The position numbers and the translations under genes were made by a program. Source: the human T2T-CHM13v2.0 reference genome, Homo sapiens. From it: a stretch of DNA of 64,000 bases. The notes beneath the pieces were generated by a model. That model was given only the letters and a program-made list of their open reading frames with translations, had not been told where the DNA came from and did not search any database. The stretch lies in assembly GCF_009914755.1 (NCBI RefSeq), contig NC_060937.1; one strand, given 5' to 3'. Below, piece by piece: positions 47,908 through 62,149 of this stretch; positions within the stretch are counted from its first letter, which is position 1, and each line of letters opens with the position of its first letter.

Positions 47908-49310
47908 GAGAGCAGGAATAGCTATACTAATATCAGACAGAATATATTTCAAGAGAAAAACTGTAAGAAGAGACAAAGAAGGTCGCTATATAATGATAAA
48001 GGGGTCAATTCTGCAAAAGGATGTAACAATTTTAAATATATATGCACCCAACACTGGAATATCCAGATGTATAAAGCAAATATTATTAGAGCTAAAGAGA
48101 GAGACAGACCTCAATACAATAATAACTAGAGACTTTAACTCCCACTTTCAGTATTGGGCAGATTTTCCAAACAGAAAATTAACAAAAACATAGGACTTCA
48201 TCTGCACTATAGACCAAGTGAACCTAATAGCTATTTACAGAACATTTCATCCAATGGCTGCATAATACACATTCTTCTCCTTAGCACATGAATCTTTCTC
48301 AAGTATAGACCATATTTTGGGTAAAAACACAAGTCTTAAAACATGCCAAAAAAATGAAATAATATTAAGCATCTTCTCTGGCCACAATGGAATAAAACAA
48401 GAAATTAACAAGAGGAATTTTGGTAATTATACAAACGCATGGAAATTAAACAATATGCTCCTGGATGACCAGTGGGCAAATGAAGAAATTTAAAAAGAAA
48501 CTTAAAAAGTTCTTATCATCAATTTCTTGATAATGGAAACACATCATTTGAAAACATATGGGAAACAGTGAAAGCAGTATTAACAGGGAAAATTATAGCT
48601 ATATTTGCCTATGTTAAAAAATAAAAAACTACAAATAAATAACCTAACAATGCATCTTAAAGAACTGGGAAAGTAATACTAAACCAAACCCAAAATTAGT
48701 AGAAGAAAAGAAATAATAGACATCAGAGCAAAAACAAATGAATCTGAAATGAAGAAAACAATATAGAAGATCACTGAAATAAAAACATGTTTGTTTGAAA
48801 AGATAAACAAAATTGAAAAACCTTTAGCCAGAGTAAGATAGAGAGAAAATCCAAATAAATAAAATCAGAGATGAAACAGAGACATTACAACTAATACTAC
48901 AGAAATTCAAAGGATAATTGGTGGCTACTATAAGCAACTACATGCTAATAAACTGCAAACTCCGGAAGAAATGGATAAATTCTGAGACACATACAACCTA
49001 CCAAAATTGAACCATGAAGAACAGACCAATAACAAGTAACGAGATCAAAGCTGTAATAAAAAGTTTCCCAGCAAAGAGAAGTCCAGAGCCTGGTGGTTTT
49101 ACTGTTGAATTCTACCAAACATTTAAAGAAGAACTAATACCAATACTACCCAAACTATTGCAAAAAATATAGAAGGGAGTACTTCCAAACTCATTCTATG
49201 AGGTCAGTATTACCCTGATACCCAAACCGAAGACATATCAAAAAAAGAAAACTATAGGCCAATATCACTGATGAATATTGATGCAAAAATTCTCAACAAA
49301 ATACTAGTAA

Positions 49311-49660
<350 letters not shown>

Positions 49661-51931
49661 ATGATCTTTTAAATGAATGCTGAAAAAGTATTTGATAAAA
49701 TTCAACATTCCCTCATGATAAAAAGCCTAAAAAACCTCAGTACAGAAAGAACATACCTCAACAAAATGAAAGCCGTATATGACAGATGCACAGCTAGTAT
49801 GATACTTAGTAGGGAAAAACTGAAATCCCTTCCTCTGAGATCTGGCACATGACAAGGATGCTGTCCACTGTCACCACTGTTATTCAGTGTGGTACTCAAA
49901 GTCCTAGCTAGAGCAGTCAGATGAGAACAAAATAAAAGGCATACAAATTGAAAAGGAAGAAGTCAAATTATCATCATTTGCAGATGATATAATCATATAT
50001 TTGGGAAAACTCAATGACTCCATGAAAAAATTATAAGAATTGGTAAACATTTAGTAAAGTTGCAGGATACAAAATTAACATACAAAATAAGCATATACCA
50101 ACAGTGAACAATCTGAAAAAATCAAGAAAGTAATCCAATTTATAATAGCTACAAATAAAATTAAATACCTCAAAAGACCCCAAATAGTCAAAGCTATTCT
50201 AAGCAAAAAGAATGAAACTGGAGGAATCTCATTACCTGACTTCAAATTATACTACATAGTTATAGTGACCAAAACAGCATGGTACTGGAATAAAAAAAGA
50301 CACAGAGACCAATGGAACAGAATAGCAAACCCAGAAACAAATCTACACAACCACAGTGAACTCATTTTCGGCAAAGTTGTCAAGAACATACACTGAGGAA
50401 AAGACAGCCTCTTTAATAAATGGTGCTGGGAAAACTGGATACCCATACTCAGAAGAATGAAACTTGGCCTCTATCTCTCACCATATACAAAAATCAAATC
50501 AGAATGGACTGAAGACTTAAATCTAAGGCCTCAAACCATGAAACTATTAAAATAAAAGTTTGGGAGAAACTCTCAAGGAAATTTGTCTGGGCAATAATTT
50601 TTTGAGAATACCCACACAAGCACAGACAACCAAAGCAAAAACAGACAAATGAAATTACATCTAGTTAAAAATTCCTGCATAGCAAAGGAAACAATCAGCA
50701 AAGTGAAGAGACACCCACAGAATGGGAGAAAATATTTGCAAACTACCCATCTGACAAGAGATTGACAAGTAGAAAACATAAGGAGGATCAAACAACTCTA
50801 CCAAAAAAAAATCTAATAATCTCATTTAAAAATGGGCGAAAGATCTGAATAGACATTTCTCAAAAGAAGACATACAAATACCAGATAGGTATATGAAAAG
50901 GTGCTCAACATGACTGATCACTGGAGAAAAGCAAATCAAAACTACAATGAGATATCATGTCAGCCCAGTTCAGATGGCTTTTATCCAAATGTCAAGTGAT
51001 AACAAATACTGGCAAGGATGTAGAGAAAAGGGAACCCTCGTACACTTTGCTGACAATGTAAATTAGTACAGCCACTATGGGCAACAGTTTGGAGGTTTCT
51101 GAGAAAACTAAAAATAGATCCACCTTATAATCCAGCAATCTCACTCCTAGGTATGTACCCCAAAGAAAGGAAATCAATATATCAAAGAGATATCTGCACT
51201 CCATGTGTATTGCAGCACTAATCACAATAGCCAAGATTTGGAAGCAAACGAAGTAGTGTCCGTCAACAGATGAATGGATAAAGTAAATGTGGTACATATA
51301 CACAATGGAGTACTACTCCGCCATTAAAAAAAAAAGAGATCCTGTCATTTGCAACAACATGGATGGAACTGGAGGTCATTATGTTAAGTGAAATAAGCCA
51401 GCCACGGAAAGACAAATATCCCATGTTCTCACTTACTTGTGAGAGCTAAAAATTAAAATAATTGAACTCATGGAGATAGAGAGTAGAAGGATGGTTACCA
51501 GAGGCTGGGAAGGGTAGTGGGTGCGTGGAGGGGACCTGGGGATGGCTAATAGGTATAAAAATAGTTAGAAAGAGTAAATAAGACCTAGTGTTTACTAGCA
51601 CAATAGGCTGACTATACTAAAAAATAATTTGTACATTTTAATATAAAAGAATATAATTAGATTGTACGTAACAGAAAGGGTAAATGCTTGAGTGGATAGA
51701 TACCCCATTTACCCTCATATGATTTTACACATTGCATGCCTGTATTAAATATCTTATGCGACCCATGAATATATATACCTACTATGTAGTGAAAAAAATT
51801 AAAAATAAAAAAGACACACAAAAAATTACTACACACCTACCAGAATGGCTAAAATAAAAAACATTGGCAATATTAAATGCTGGCAAGAATGCCAAGAAAC
51901 TAGGCCACTCACAAACTATTGATGGAGCTCA

Positions 51932-52339
<408 letters not shown>

Positions 52340-52504
52340 TTACACTATTGGGTATTTATCCAAGAGACACAAAAACTTATGTCTATAAAAAAATTGGTAT
52401 ATAAATGTTTATAGAAGCATTACACAATAGCCAAATCTAGAGAACACCTAGATTTTTTTTAACAGGTAAATGGTTAAAAAATAAAATGGTACATTCATGC
52501 CATG

Positions 52505-52929
52505 TGTATTAGTCTGTTCTTGCATTGTTATAAAGCAATACCTGAGACTCAGTAATTTATAAAGAAAAGAGGTTTAATTGGTTCATAGTTCCACAGGCTG
52601 TACAGGAAGGGTGATGCTGGCTCTGCTTTGCTTCTGGGGAGGCCTCAGGAAACTTTCAATCATGACAGAAGGTGAAGGGAAAGCAGGCACATCTTACATT
52701 GCCTGAGCAGAAGCAAGAGAGAGAGGGGAAGTGCTACACACTTATGAACAACCAGATCTTGTGAATACTCTATTACTATACAGTACCAAGGGGGGATGCT
52801 ACTAAACCATCCATGAGAACTCAGCCCCCATGATCTAAACACATCCCACCAGGTCCCACTTCCAACACTGAAGATTACAATTGAACATGAGTTTGGGTGG
52901 AAACACAGATCCAGATCCGAACCATATCA
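52505..52929 (-). mobile_element. MSTA-like MaLR solo LTR
   Basis: tgtattagtctgttcttgcattg...gaggcctcaggaaact...aaccatatca; TSD ccatg/ccatc. Confidence 0.9.
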
Positions 52930-53249
52930 CCATCGAATAGTAGTCCATAAAATAATTATTGATACATGCTACACCTAGATTAATCTCTAGGATATTATGC
53001 TAAATAAAAAAGGCAATCACAAAAGGTTACATACTGTATGATTTGATTAATATAACATTCATGAAATGATAAAATTACAGAAATAGAAAGTAGATCAGTG
53101 GGCCAGGGGCTGGGGATGGAGTGAAAGGGGAAAGTATGTGGCTATAAAAGGCCAACATGAGGGATCCTCATAGTGATGGAACTGTTTGTTCTGTATACTG
53201 ACTGTATCAATAACAATATTCCAGTTGTTATATTGTACTATAATAATTC

Positions 53250-53320
53250 TTCAATATGTACAATTTTTATTTGTCAATTATACTTTAATAAAGCTGAAAA
53301 AGTCTTTAAAAATAAAATAA
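53250..53320 (+). mobile_element. Tiny L1MA/MB 3' tip inserted in the L1MD 3'UTR
   Basis: tacaatttttatttgtcaattatactttaataaagctgaaaaa plus A-rich tail. Confidence 0.55.
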
Positions 53321-53632
53321 GTTACCATTGGGAAAACCATGCATGGGATACAACGGATATTTTTGTAGTCTATTTTATAAATAAATTAGAATCTAAAATC
53401 ACCTATAAATTTTTTAAAAGATTGTTTATAAAACAAAGTGCGCCAGGCAGAAAAAGGATGAAGGGCACACAGATTCTCTTAATGGAAAGATCTAGATAAA
53501 GGCAAACAGCCCAGTGCCTGCAATGTGGTAATAGTGGTGTGTCACCTCTTTGTTCATGCAACTGGCTTTCCACATTGCATGATTTTAATAACATTTTAAT
53601 AAAATGATGCGTGGCAAAACTTTGGTTCATTG

Positions 53633-53634
<2 letters not shown>

Positions 53635-53670
<36 letters not shown>
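53635..53670. repeat. (TG)n microsatellite
   Basis: Direct reading. Confidence 0.95.
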
Positions 53671-53671
<1 letters not shown>

Positions 53672-54352
53672 GTTTGTAAGGATATTTTTGTCTATGAACA
53701 TTTCAATGTAGACTGTTTTTAAGGAGCATATGTCAATTGTACATAGGTAATATGATCATATTATTTTAAAAATGGATTGTCCAATTACCCTCAGAACCTC
53801 TTTCCTAAATTATTTACAGATTGGGTTGTCAAGTTAGACTTCTCAAATCTGAGGTCAGGTTGGTCCTCTTGTAACCCCAGTTCTTATGGCTCCCCAAAGA
53901 ATTTATAAGCACTGCAAGCATAGCCTACTTGTTCTAATGTATTATTTTTCAGAGCAGGGTTCTAAAAGACATCTCTTCAATGACCCCCAATGATATCTCT
54001 CTTGAATGTCAATCTTCCTACAACAAAAGCAAATTGCTTCCTCCCTGCTTCATGATCTCCATGGCTCCACCTTCTGTATGTCCTGTTATGTTTCCTGGGG
54101 TGTCTTCTCTCTAACTTGTTTTATTTTTCCAAAGCTTAATTATTCACTAGTGGCGAAAGCTAACTTTATCCATTGGTATACCTTAGTTTTAGCATATCTT
54201 TTCTATCAATTCAAATTTTGTGTGTGTGGCTTTGGTAGTGGCTGACAATTGTCCTTTGATCTTGCCTAAATCTTGCACATTCTATTTCGCTTTCTATTTC
54301 AAACAGAAACTGTGTTCTGTTTGAGATTTATACTCCAACCTTTAGGGGAAGG

Positions 54353-54590
54353 AGTAGTGTAGTAGCTAGTACATAAGCTAACCGCTCCAATTTTGGAGTC
54401 AGACTGACAAGAGCCAAATCCTAGCCCCAACACTTACAAGCTCTGTGACCTTGAGCAAGTTTCTAAGCTTCTCTTTAATTGCCTTTATTCTTTTTTTTAA
54501 ATGGAGGTCATAGAGGTACCTACATGTCAGTGTTTTTGAATGAAATAAATATGTAGTGTTTTCAACATACCAAGTCATCAGTCAGTATAC
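54353..54590 (+). mobile_element. MIR
   Basis: tttggagtcagac...aaatcctagcccc...acttacaagctctgtgaccttgagcaagtt. Confidence 0.8.
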
Positions 54591-55074
54591 TACTGCTTAA
54601 ACAAATGAATCAATGATTTCTAGTCACAAAAATTAAAAGTAATATTCATTCATAGTCATTTTGCTTTTTATTCATCATTCATTCAAAAGACACTAAAGAT
54701 CCATAGATAAAACTAAATTACCAAAAGGAAGTTATTATCTGGTAGTGGAGAAATGTAAAGCAGCAATTAGAAAACATCGCAGTCAGGGCTAAATACAAGC
54801 ATGCATGGAGACACTGAAAACTGGCACAAATATTTATTCTATTAAAATCTTAGCCTGTAGCTCATATTTAGTATGAAGGCAGAAAGAAAGAGCCTAAGTT
54901 ATACAAGAAAATTGTTAAATGTCACTTAGTTTCAGAATTCCATGGAAGGCTGATAGGATTTCTGGAAATCTAAATATGGATGAAATTAACAACATTTGAC
55001 AAGGGCAAAACAAACTAGAAAATTCAATTTAAGTGATGGAATTAGCACTATCACTATGCCTGAATACCAGTGCA

Positions 55075-55103
55075 TACACACACACACAAACACACACACA
55101 CAC
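55075..55103. repeat. Imperfect (CA)n
   Basis: Direct reading. Confidence 0.85.
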
Positions 55104-55506
55104 GTCTCCAAATTTGCTATTTGAAATAATAAAGTGTTTAGTGCTGTATTGTAAAAATATCATTTCAGTTTCCTATAGTGTTTTCATTTTGTTTTCTCTA
55201 TTTTGTAGGAAGTATGTATTGCCCAATTATTTGAATAGCAGTTTTTATGCTGAAGATTTCTAAATGTGTGTATTTTTAAAATACACTTAAACGACTGAAT
55301 ACTGTATGCTATTTTCAAATATACACAGGCCCAAAGTTTCAGCACCTGACTTGCTGCTTGAGTAAACAAATGGACTAGCAAAGCAATACAAGACTAGAAA
55401 TACTCTGATGAAAGAAGAAAAGAACAAACAGAAAAAGGGGTAGCCTAGTGACGTTTCAACACTGAAACGGCTAAAGCAAGTGTTCTGGAGATAGAACATT
55501 TATATT

Positions 55507-55637
55507 GGCAGTGTAGTGCTGTAAAATAACACAGTTCTAAGAGTTAGACCTCAGTTTAAATTCTGCTCTGCTACTGTGTAAACTAGGCAAGTTACCTGAG
55601 CTTTACCTGTAAACTGGGATCGATAATAATAGTAGCT
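55507..55637 (+). mobile_element. MIR fragment
   Basis: ggcagtgtagtg...gagttagacc...ggcaagttacct...cctgtaaactgggat. Confidence 0.7.
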
Positions 55638-55701
55638 GGAATATTATTATTTCAAAGTAATATTCCAGCTACTATTTTGAGACAGCTATCCTGTTTCAAA
55701 A
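55628..55701. repeat. Two adjacent inverted repeats (19 bp perfect; 11 bp with one mismatch)
   Basis: 55628-55646 is the reverse complement of 55658-55676; 55675-55685 pairs with 55691-55701. Confidence 0.9.
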
Positions 55702-55987
55702 AGACAGAGTCTCACTCTGTCACCTAGGCTGGAGTACGGTGGCGTGATCATAGCTCACTCACTGCAGGCTTATACTCTTGAACTCAAGTGATCCTCCTCC
55801 CCCAGCCTCCTGAGTAGCTAGGACTACAGGTGCGTGCCACCACACTTGGCTACTTTTGAAAAATTTTTGTAAGGATGGAATCTTGCTATGTTTCCCAGGC
55901 TGGCCTTGAACTCCTGGCCTCAAGTGGTCCTCCTGCCTTGGCCTTCCAGAGTGCTGGGATTGCAGACATCAGCCACCATGCCTGGTC
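55702..55987 (-). mobile_element. AluJ without a normal poly(A) tail
   Basis: J diagnostics; TSD agtagctg(g/a)aatatt at 55631-55645 and 55989-56003. Confidence 0.92.
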
Positions 55988-56003
55988 AAGTAGCTGAAAT
56001 ATT

Positions 56004-56180
56004 TTATTGAGTACTTATTGAGGGTCAGACCATGCCAAGCACTTTACTTGGATTGGCTTTTATTAATCCTAATATCAGCTCTATGAAGTAGATGCGAATG
56101 TTTGCCCCTCATGTAGATGAGGACACTGAGATGCAGGACAAGGCTGAGACTTGGTCAAGGATTTGAAGCTGGTGGGTGGC
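56004..56180 (-). mobile_element. MIR
   Basis: ttattgagtactta...tatgaagtagat...tagatgaggacactgag...acttggtcaagg. Confidence 0.75.
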
Positions 56181-56764
56181 TGCATGGCATGTCCACAGTG
56201 AGTTACCCGACTCTGGTTCTAACCGGCTCCTCAGCTTGCAGTTTCTCAGGAACCTGAGCTCTCCTCATGACCTGAGGAATTTCAAAGGCTTTGAACGAAG
56301 CTTGGTGGAGTTCCCTGCATCTCTTATTGTCATCTCAAGGAGTGATGCTGGAAGAGTTATATTCCCGGGCACTTCCCCTCTTTTGTGACGCTGTGGTGTG
56401 CTCCTCCTTATCCCTCTATTCATAGTAGATTTTAAGACATTGTTATTCACATAGCTCAACTTCTTCATGCTAGCCAAATCCTCTCCTCAAGGAATCCTTT
56501 TCTACTATTTTTCTTCCAAGCTGAAAACATATTTTCTTCTGAGAATTATACCTCCTCCCTACTCTCCTGTCCATGGTGTTTGGCATTTATAATCAGCTGC
56601 TAATTTCTCTTGGTTAAATACAGAGCAATGGGATTGAACCTAAGGGAGGGAACCAGAATTTTCTCTATCTTTAGGGATATAGGGCCCCTGGATTTCACTA
56701 CCATGAGGGTTAGTGGTCATATAAAGCTATTCACACTGTACCAAGCACAGTGTCAGAAACTCTG

Positions 56765-56870
56765 ATAATCTAATGAAAGCTAGAGACATTCCTCCCAGAA
56801 AGTGAATTGTATGTGAATGCTCTCAAAAGTTTTATATAACTACAGGAAAGTCCATGGACCCCAAAGGGCA
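56765..56870. mobile_element. Possible hAT-Charlie MER fragment
   Basis: aatctaatgaaagctagagacattcctcccagaaa...ccatggacccc recalls MER-type DNA elements; family uncertain. Confidence 0.4.
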
Positions 56871-58414
56871 AATCCTAGCCATGTTATCAAATAGATGTTC
56901 ACTTAATAACAACTATCATTAATAGCTGACTGAAGAAATGATATGGCATCCATATGTATACAAGCATATTGGCATTTAACTAGGACCAAATAAGGCAGTT
57001 CCTTTTCTTATCAGAAGGAGGGGCACTAGACCAAGGGGCATACAAGTGAAGAGAGATTAGGATACCGTCAAGAACCACAGCATTCCAACCCTAAGATAAG
57101 AGAGAGCAATAAATGATTAGCAATAGGCATTTTGTAAACCATATTATAAACATATGACAATGCATGGATAGTAACCAAAGGTATTCTTCAAAGGAGAATG
57201 AGTCACTAACTAAAGTAGTTATCCCAGTGCAAACTGTTGACCCAAGAGAGCAGCATGTGTCATGAATAAAAATGATAAGACTCTAAAGTACGTAAGATTA
57301 GATCTACAGAGTAGACTGCCACAGAAACACATGCTTGGCTAAAGGTTTTCACATGTTTCTGGCAGAGAGGAATTGGAAGTTGGTATTACAGCACATATAT
57401 ATACTAGGTTGTTTATATACATACATATACTCTGGTTAACTATATGCTGCTCTCATTCCATTGATTAGATGTTCTTGGTCTAAACTATAATAAAAACTGA
57501 CATTTCTTGAGCATCTGCTTTATTTCAGATAGTGTCATTCACTGTCTCCCCTAATTTATATAACTTCTTAAAGTAAGTCTTATTATTTAAGTATATAGCT
57601 AGAACTATTTTTTTTTTTTAAAGGTAGGATTTGAACTCAGTTTCAAATAACTGGTTCTTGCCACTATCCTTTGTTGCTGCACTTAAACTTTCTTTTTTGT
57701 AGTCTTCAAAAAGTGCTGGATTAAAAATTCTCCAGGTTTTCTTTGAAATGTCTAGGATGGACATACCCCAATTAACCACTGAAACAAAAATTCTGGTAGC
57801 TAGAGTAGGCAATGAAGATAAGGCATGCCTCTTACAGAAGATTAATTCCAGAGTTAGTTCCTATGGCAAAGCCTCTCTGTTCAGCTCTCCAAATGTATCC
57901 ACTACTTGCCCTATATTCATATTCTGCTATAGTCAGGCTGTTTATACAACATTCCCTTAATATTTTTATTGAATCTGTAAAATTTTCCCCACCTTTCTCT
58001 TTGTCCACGATGCTCATTATCCTGCATTCTTCTTGATCATACTCGCCACAGAAGCCCTCTTCACCACTTTCACACACAGTGATCACGTACCTATCGGCAC
58101 TGTTTATCTGCATTTGCCCATTGGCCAAAAATACAAATCCCTTTTCATTGGTATTTGTCTCTTTCCTGATATGCATACTGTAGCTCTCCGATCAAATTGT
58201 CCACTTCTGAAGGGTGGTCTTAAATCTACTGCTTTTTCCAATGTCTTTCTGGTGTCTGTCTGGCTCTCAACAAGCCTTCAATTAAAGTCATAGGTTGATG
58301 ATAGTGACCTATCATAGAGAGATGATGATGATGATAGTGACTCTGATGTTTATGCTAACTGATATCTTAAGAACTAGTCTATCCACATAATCTAATGATA
58401 TAAGTTAAAAAATA

Positions 58415-58709
58415 GGCCTGGTGCAGTGGCTCACACCTGTGATCCCAGCACTTTGGGAGGCCAAGGCAGGTGGATCACAAGGTCAGGAGTTCGAGACCAG
58501 CCTGGCCAATATGGTGCAACCGCGTCTCTACTAAAAATACAAAACATAGCCAGACGTGGCCGTGCATGCCTGTAATCCCAGCTACTCAGGAGGCTGAGGC
58601 AGAAAAATCACTTGAACCCAGGAGGTGGAGGTTGCAGTGAGCCAAGATTGTGCCATTGCACTCCTGCCCGGGTGACAAAGTGAGACTCTGTCTTGGAAAA
58701 AAAAAAAAA
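58415..58709 (+). mobile_element. AluSg-like
   Basis: ggatcacaaggtcaggagttcgagaccagcctggcc; poly(A). Confidence 0.93.
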
Positions 58710-58714
58710 GTATA

Positions 58715-58915
58715 AGGCTAACATTTACTGAATACTTATTATATATTACAGACTGTTCTTATTTAGTCTTTTCCAAACCTCTATGAGTGATAGAATTCTC
58801 ATTTTAATGGGTGCAGAGAATCTGAGGAACTTGTCCCAAGGTCACACACAATAAGTGGCAGAGCCAAAACTCTGGCCATTCTGGCCCCAAATCCTTAGTC
58901 TTCATCACTTTGCTG
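58715..58915 (-). mobile_element. MIR
   Basis: gctaacatttactgaatactta...cccaaggtcacacacaataagtggcagagcc. Confidence 0.8.
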
Positions 58916-59862
58916 AAACATCATGAGAGCAGAAGAACCTTGATAAGAAAGCCAGGTTGCATCAGGCCCAGCCCAGGTATGACGAACCAACAATTGCCAC
59001 CTGGTGATGAAGATTTGCTTTACAGTCTCTCTAGTCACTGAGATTCAAATTGGTATTTTGAAAGCACGAACTTTCCAGGCAATCCTTAGTTAACACCTTA
59101 GTGTTTATGCCAATTTAGCTCTGGGTGTGTACTCAGGCACAACTTAATTTCACAAAATATCTTGCTCCTGATAAATATAGCCCTTTATAAGACAAGTCAC
59201 ATCCAAATGGAAGGAAAGGATACAGCATTCTAAAATATCAGCACTCTTACAGAGGTTTTTACAAAAGAAAGATACAATTAACAATATAAAATATCCTTTT
59301 TAAGAATACTCTACTGTCAGTGTGCAGGAAGAAGAAAAATAAAAAGATGCTGTAGATTCCAGTTTTTTTTGGAGATAATGGAAAATTATCACCCTTTGTC
59401 TCCAGTAACCTTGACCAGCTTAGGAGAAATGTCAGCTTTAAGTTCAAGAGACCTCAGATACTTGGCTTCACTGTATCTCATACATGTTCTTTGGGATGCA
59501 ATTGGCTTTTCCTGGCTTTATTTTTTCAATTTTAATGAAAACAAGTTGAACATATTACTGTAGAATAAATGCTAAACATTCTGTATTCCACTGTTTTCAT
59601 TATGGTATAAAATCATAACTATTAATCAAAAGCTCTGAACAATTAGAGACTAGATCTTCTGCAATTAAAAAAACACTAATGTTTAGTGATCTTTTGGCCA
59701 TTTTGAAATTACGTCCTCTATTAGAATGAAGATAACTTTTGGAGAAACAGTATCGTTTACACGGCAGAAACATGCAGAATGATTTGCTCAAAAACGAAAA
59801 ATATTTTGCTTATTGCTTAATGTTTTGTCTATATTTTATTTTATTGTTTTCAATCATTTGTT

Positions 59863-60412
59863 ATTTGACCTAGCCATCCCATTACTGGGTATATACCCAA
59901 AGGATTATAAATCATGCTGCTATAAAGACACATGTACACGTATGTTTATTGCGGCACTATTCACAATGGCAAAGACTTGGAACCAACCCAAATATCCAAC
60001 AATGATAGACCGGATTAAGAAAACGTGGCACATATACACCATGGAATACTATGCAGCCATAAAAAAGGGTGAGTTCATGTTCTTTGTAGGGACATGGATG
60101 AAGCTGGAAACCATCATTCTCAGCAAACTATCACAAGGACAAAAAAGCAAACACCTCATGTTCTCACTCATAGGTGGGAATTGAACAATGAGAACACATG
60201 GACACAGGAAGGGGAACATCACACTCTGGGGACTGTTGTGGGGTGGGGGAAGGGGGGAAGGATAGCTTTAGGAGATATACCTAATGCTAAATGACGAGTT
60301 AATGGGTGCAGCACACCAACATGGCACATTATACATATGAACTAACCTGCACATTGTGCACATGTACCCTAAAACTTAAAGTATAATAATAATTTAAAAA
60401 ACAAAATAAAAT
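59863..60412 (+). mobile_element. 5'-truncated L1PA4-like 3' fragment
   Basis: ORF2p C-terminus ([21 protein letters not shown]...SLIGGN), L1PA 3'UTR and A-rich tail. Confidence 0.95.
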
Positions 60413-60555
60413 AAAATGTAAAATCAACTGTAATTCAACTGCTTTGCATGCAGTTCCTCAGGACTCCTTAAACCTGTGATTCACTGGGCCACAGTCATTC
60501 ATATAAGCTCAAAATAAACCTCTTTAAAATACCTTAAAAAAATAAAAAATAAAAC
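60413..60555 (+). mobile_element. ERV1 MER4-group LTR fragment ending in AATAAA plus a second A-rich tail (candidate L1 3' transduction)
   Basis: ctcaggactcc...gggccacagtcattcatataagctcaaaataaacctctttaaaata, then aaaaaaataaaaaataaaa. Confidence 0.6.
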
Positions 60556-60649
60556 AGATAAAAATCTAATTTAAATCTTCCCTATCTCTACCTATGTAAA
60601 CACTAGCAAATTAGGGCACCTATGTCAGACAAAAGTTTCAAAGCAATAG

Positions 60650-61998
60650 TCTACCATTGTCCCTAATTCCTAAAGACCCATTATTCTCACAAGCCACTCC
60701 AATAAACTGCTGTATAGCTTGATGAACATTTATTTAGTCCTATTCTTATTGGACCTCTGTGATGCTTTTGGCACTGTTTAGCTCTCTCACCTTTTTAAAA
60801 TCCTTTCTTCATTGGATACCTCTGGCTCATCTTGAATCTCTCGTATTCCTTTCCTGTCTTATTTGTGGGTTTCTCTTGTTTTTCTCATCCTTAATTTTTG
60901 GTGTTCACCAAAGTTAGTTGTTGGTTCACAGCTTTTTGATGCTAATTACTCTTCCTGCATCTTAGGTGATCTCATGTAAATTTTTATCATTTGTATTACT
61001 AGCTATATGCAAATGACTCCCAAAGCTACATTTCAATTCAAAGAATCCAATGTAAGAATATGTCCAAATGCATCTTATCTGTCCCATAAAAATATCAAAC
61101 TCAATGTATACAAAACTAAATTTGTCATACTTCCATCTAAAACTGCTCTCCCCTCATTTTCTCCATTTCAACTGGCATATTTCCACTGTCATATGCCCAG
61201 TCCCTCAAGCTAGAAACCAGAAAAGTCAGACAATTCCTTTGTCTTTTTCACACTCCGGATTAAATAAATATTTGGCCAATATTCCCTTACATGTAGGTCT
61301 CCAATCCATCCCCTCACCTTTGACATGGTCCCATCACTATACCATGTTTCAGATCCTTGTCTCTTGTCTGCACTGTGACAACCACCTCCCAAATTATTTC
61401 TCTCCTTCTGGTCTTATCACTTCTCCCAAGCTTTCAGAGAGACCTACCTAAAACACAAAGATGTCTCGTCCATGGCTCCCCATTCCTTCTAAGATAAGCA
61501 CAAAGTTCCATTGTTAAACCTATACTTTCTGGCCTCTTCATACCACTTGAGCTTCACTTTTGAGCATCTTTCCACCTTCTTCTTTAAGTCAACTCCACGT
61601 TCATCCTTGAGCCCTCTGTGCTGATCCTTTCCCTGAGTCCAGCTCAGGCACACCTCCTTCATTCCAATGAGTTAAACCTTTGCTATCCTTTTAAATATTA
61701 TTCCATTGCCTCCTCTTCTAAAAAGTCTTCCCTGCCCTGTCAGCTGGCTATGTTAAACGTCCATTCTCTATGTTCCTAGGAATGTCCGGGCATATCTCTA
61801 TTACTGCATCTGTCACATTATATTACATTTTGATATATTATAATGCATATATATCCATACATATTTATCTCTCTTTCTCCCTTTAGTCTTGAGGGCAGTC
61901 TCTGTGTAATATTCATCTTTGTATGCCCGATACCAAGCACAGTGACCAACATAGAGTAAGTTGTCAATAAAATGTTTGTTAAATGAATGAATTAATGA
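60650..61998 (+). mobile_element. L2 (RT relic to 3' end)
   Basis: ttcttattggacctctgtgatgcttttggcactgtt (LLDLS..F.TV), tatatgcaaatgactccca (YA(D/N)DSQ), tail aataaaatgtttgttaaatgaatgaat. Confidence 0.8.
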
Positions 61999-62149
61999 AA
62001 AATAGTTCTAAATTGCTATAGTTTTAATCATATACACTTGCATAAGATACTGTCACTTCTTCTACCCTATCTAGATACATTTTTCTCTGTTAAATCTTAC
62101 AAGAAGAGATTTTCTTTCCAACCATCATCAAAATAAACTAATAAAAATA

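Noticed and set aside
50160-50185. Internal L1MA2/3 deletion as a second splice event
   Set aside because: Junction does not fit GT-AG boundaries; looks like a microhomology deletion
56176-56477. Overlapping 70 aa ORFs in a GC-richer patch
   Set aside because: Non-ATG starts, no homology I recognise
57832-58176. 114 aa minus-strand ORF in non-repeat DNA
   Set aside because: No recognisable domain, no supporting splice structure; length is compatible with chance
59828-59862. Left flank resembling an inverted copy of the L1 tail at 60388-60420
   Set aside because: Low-complexity A/T sequence; the similarity is not distinguishable from chance
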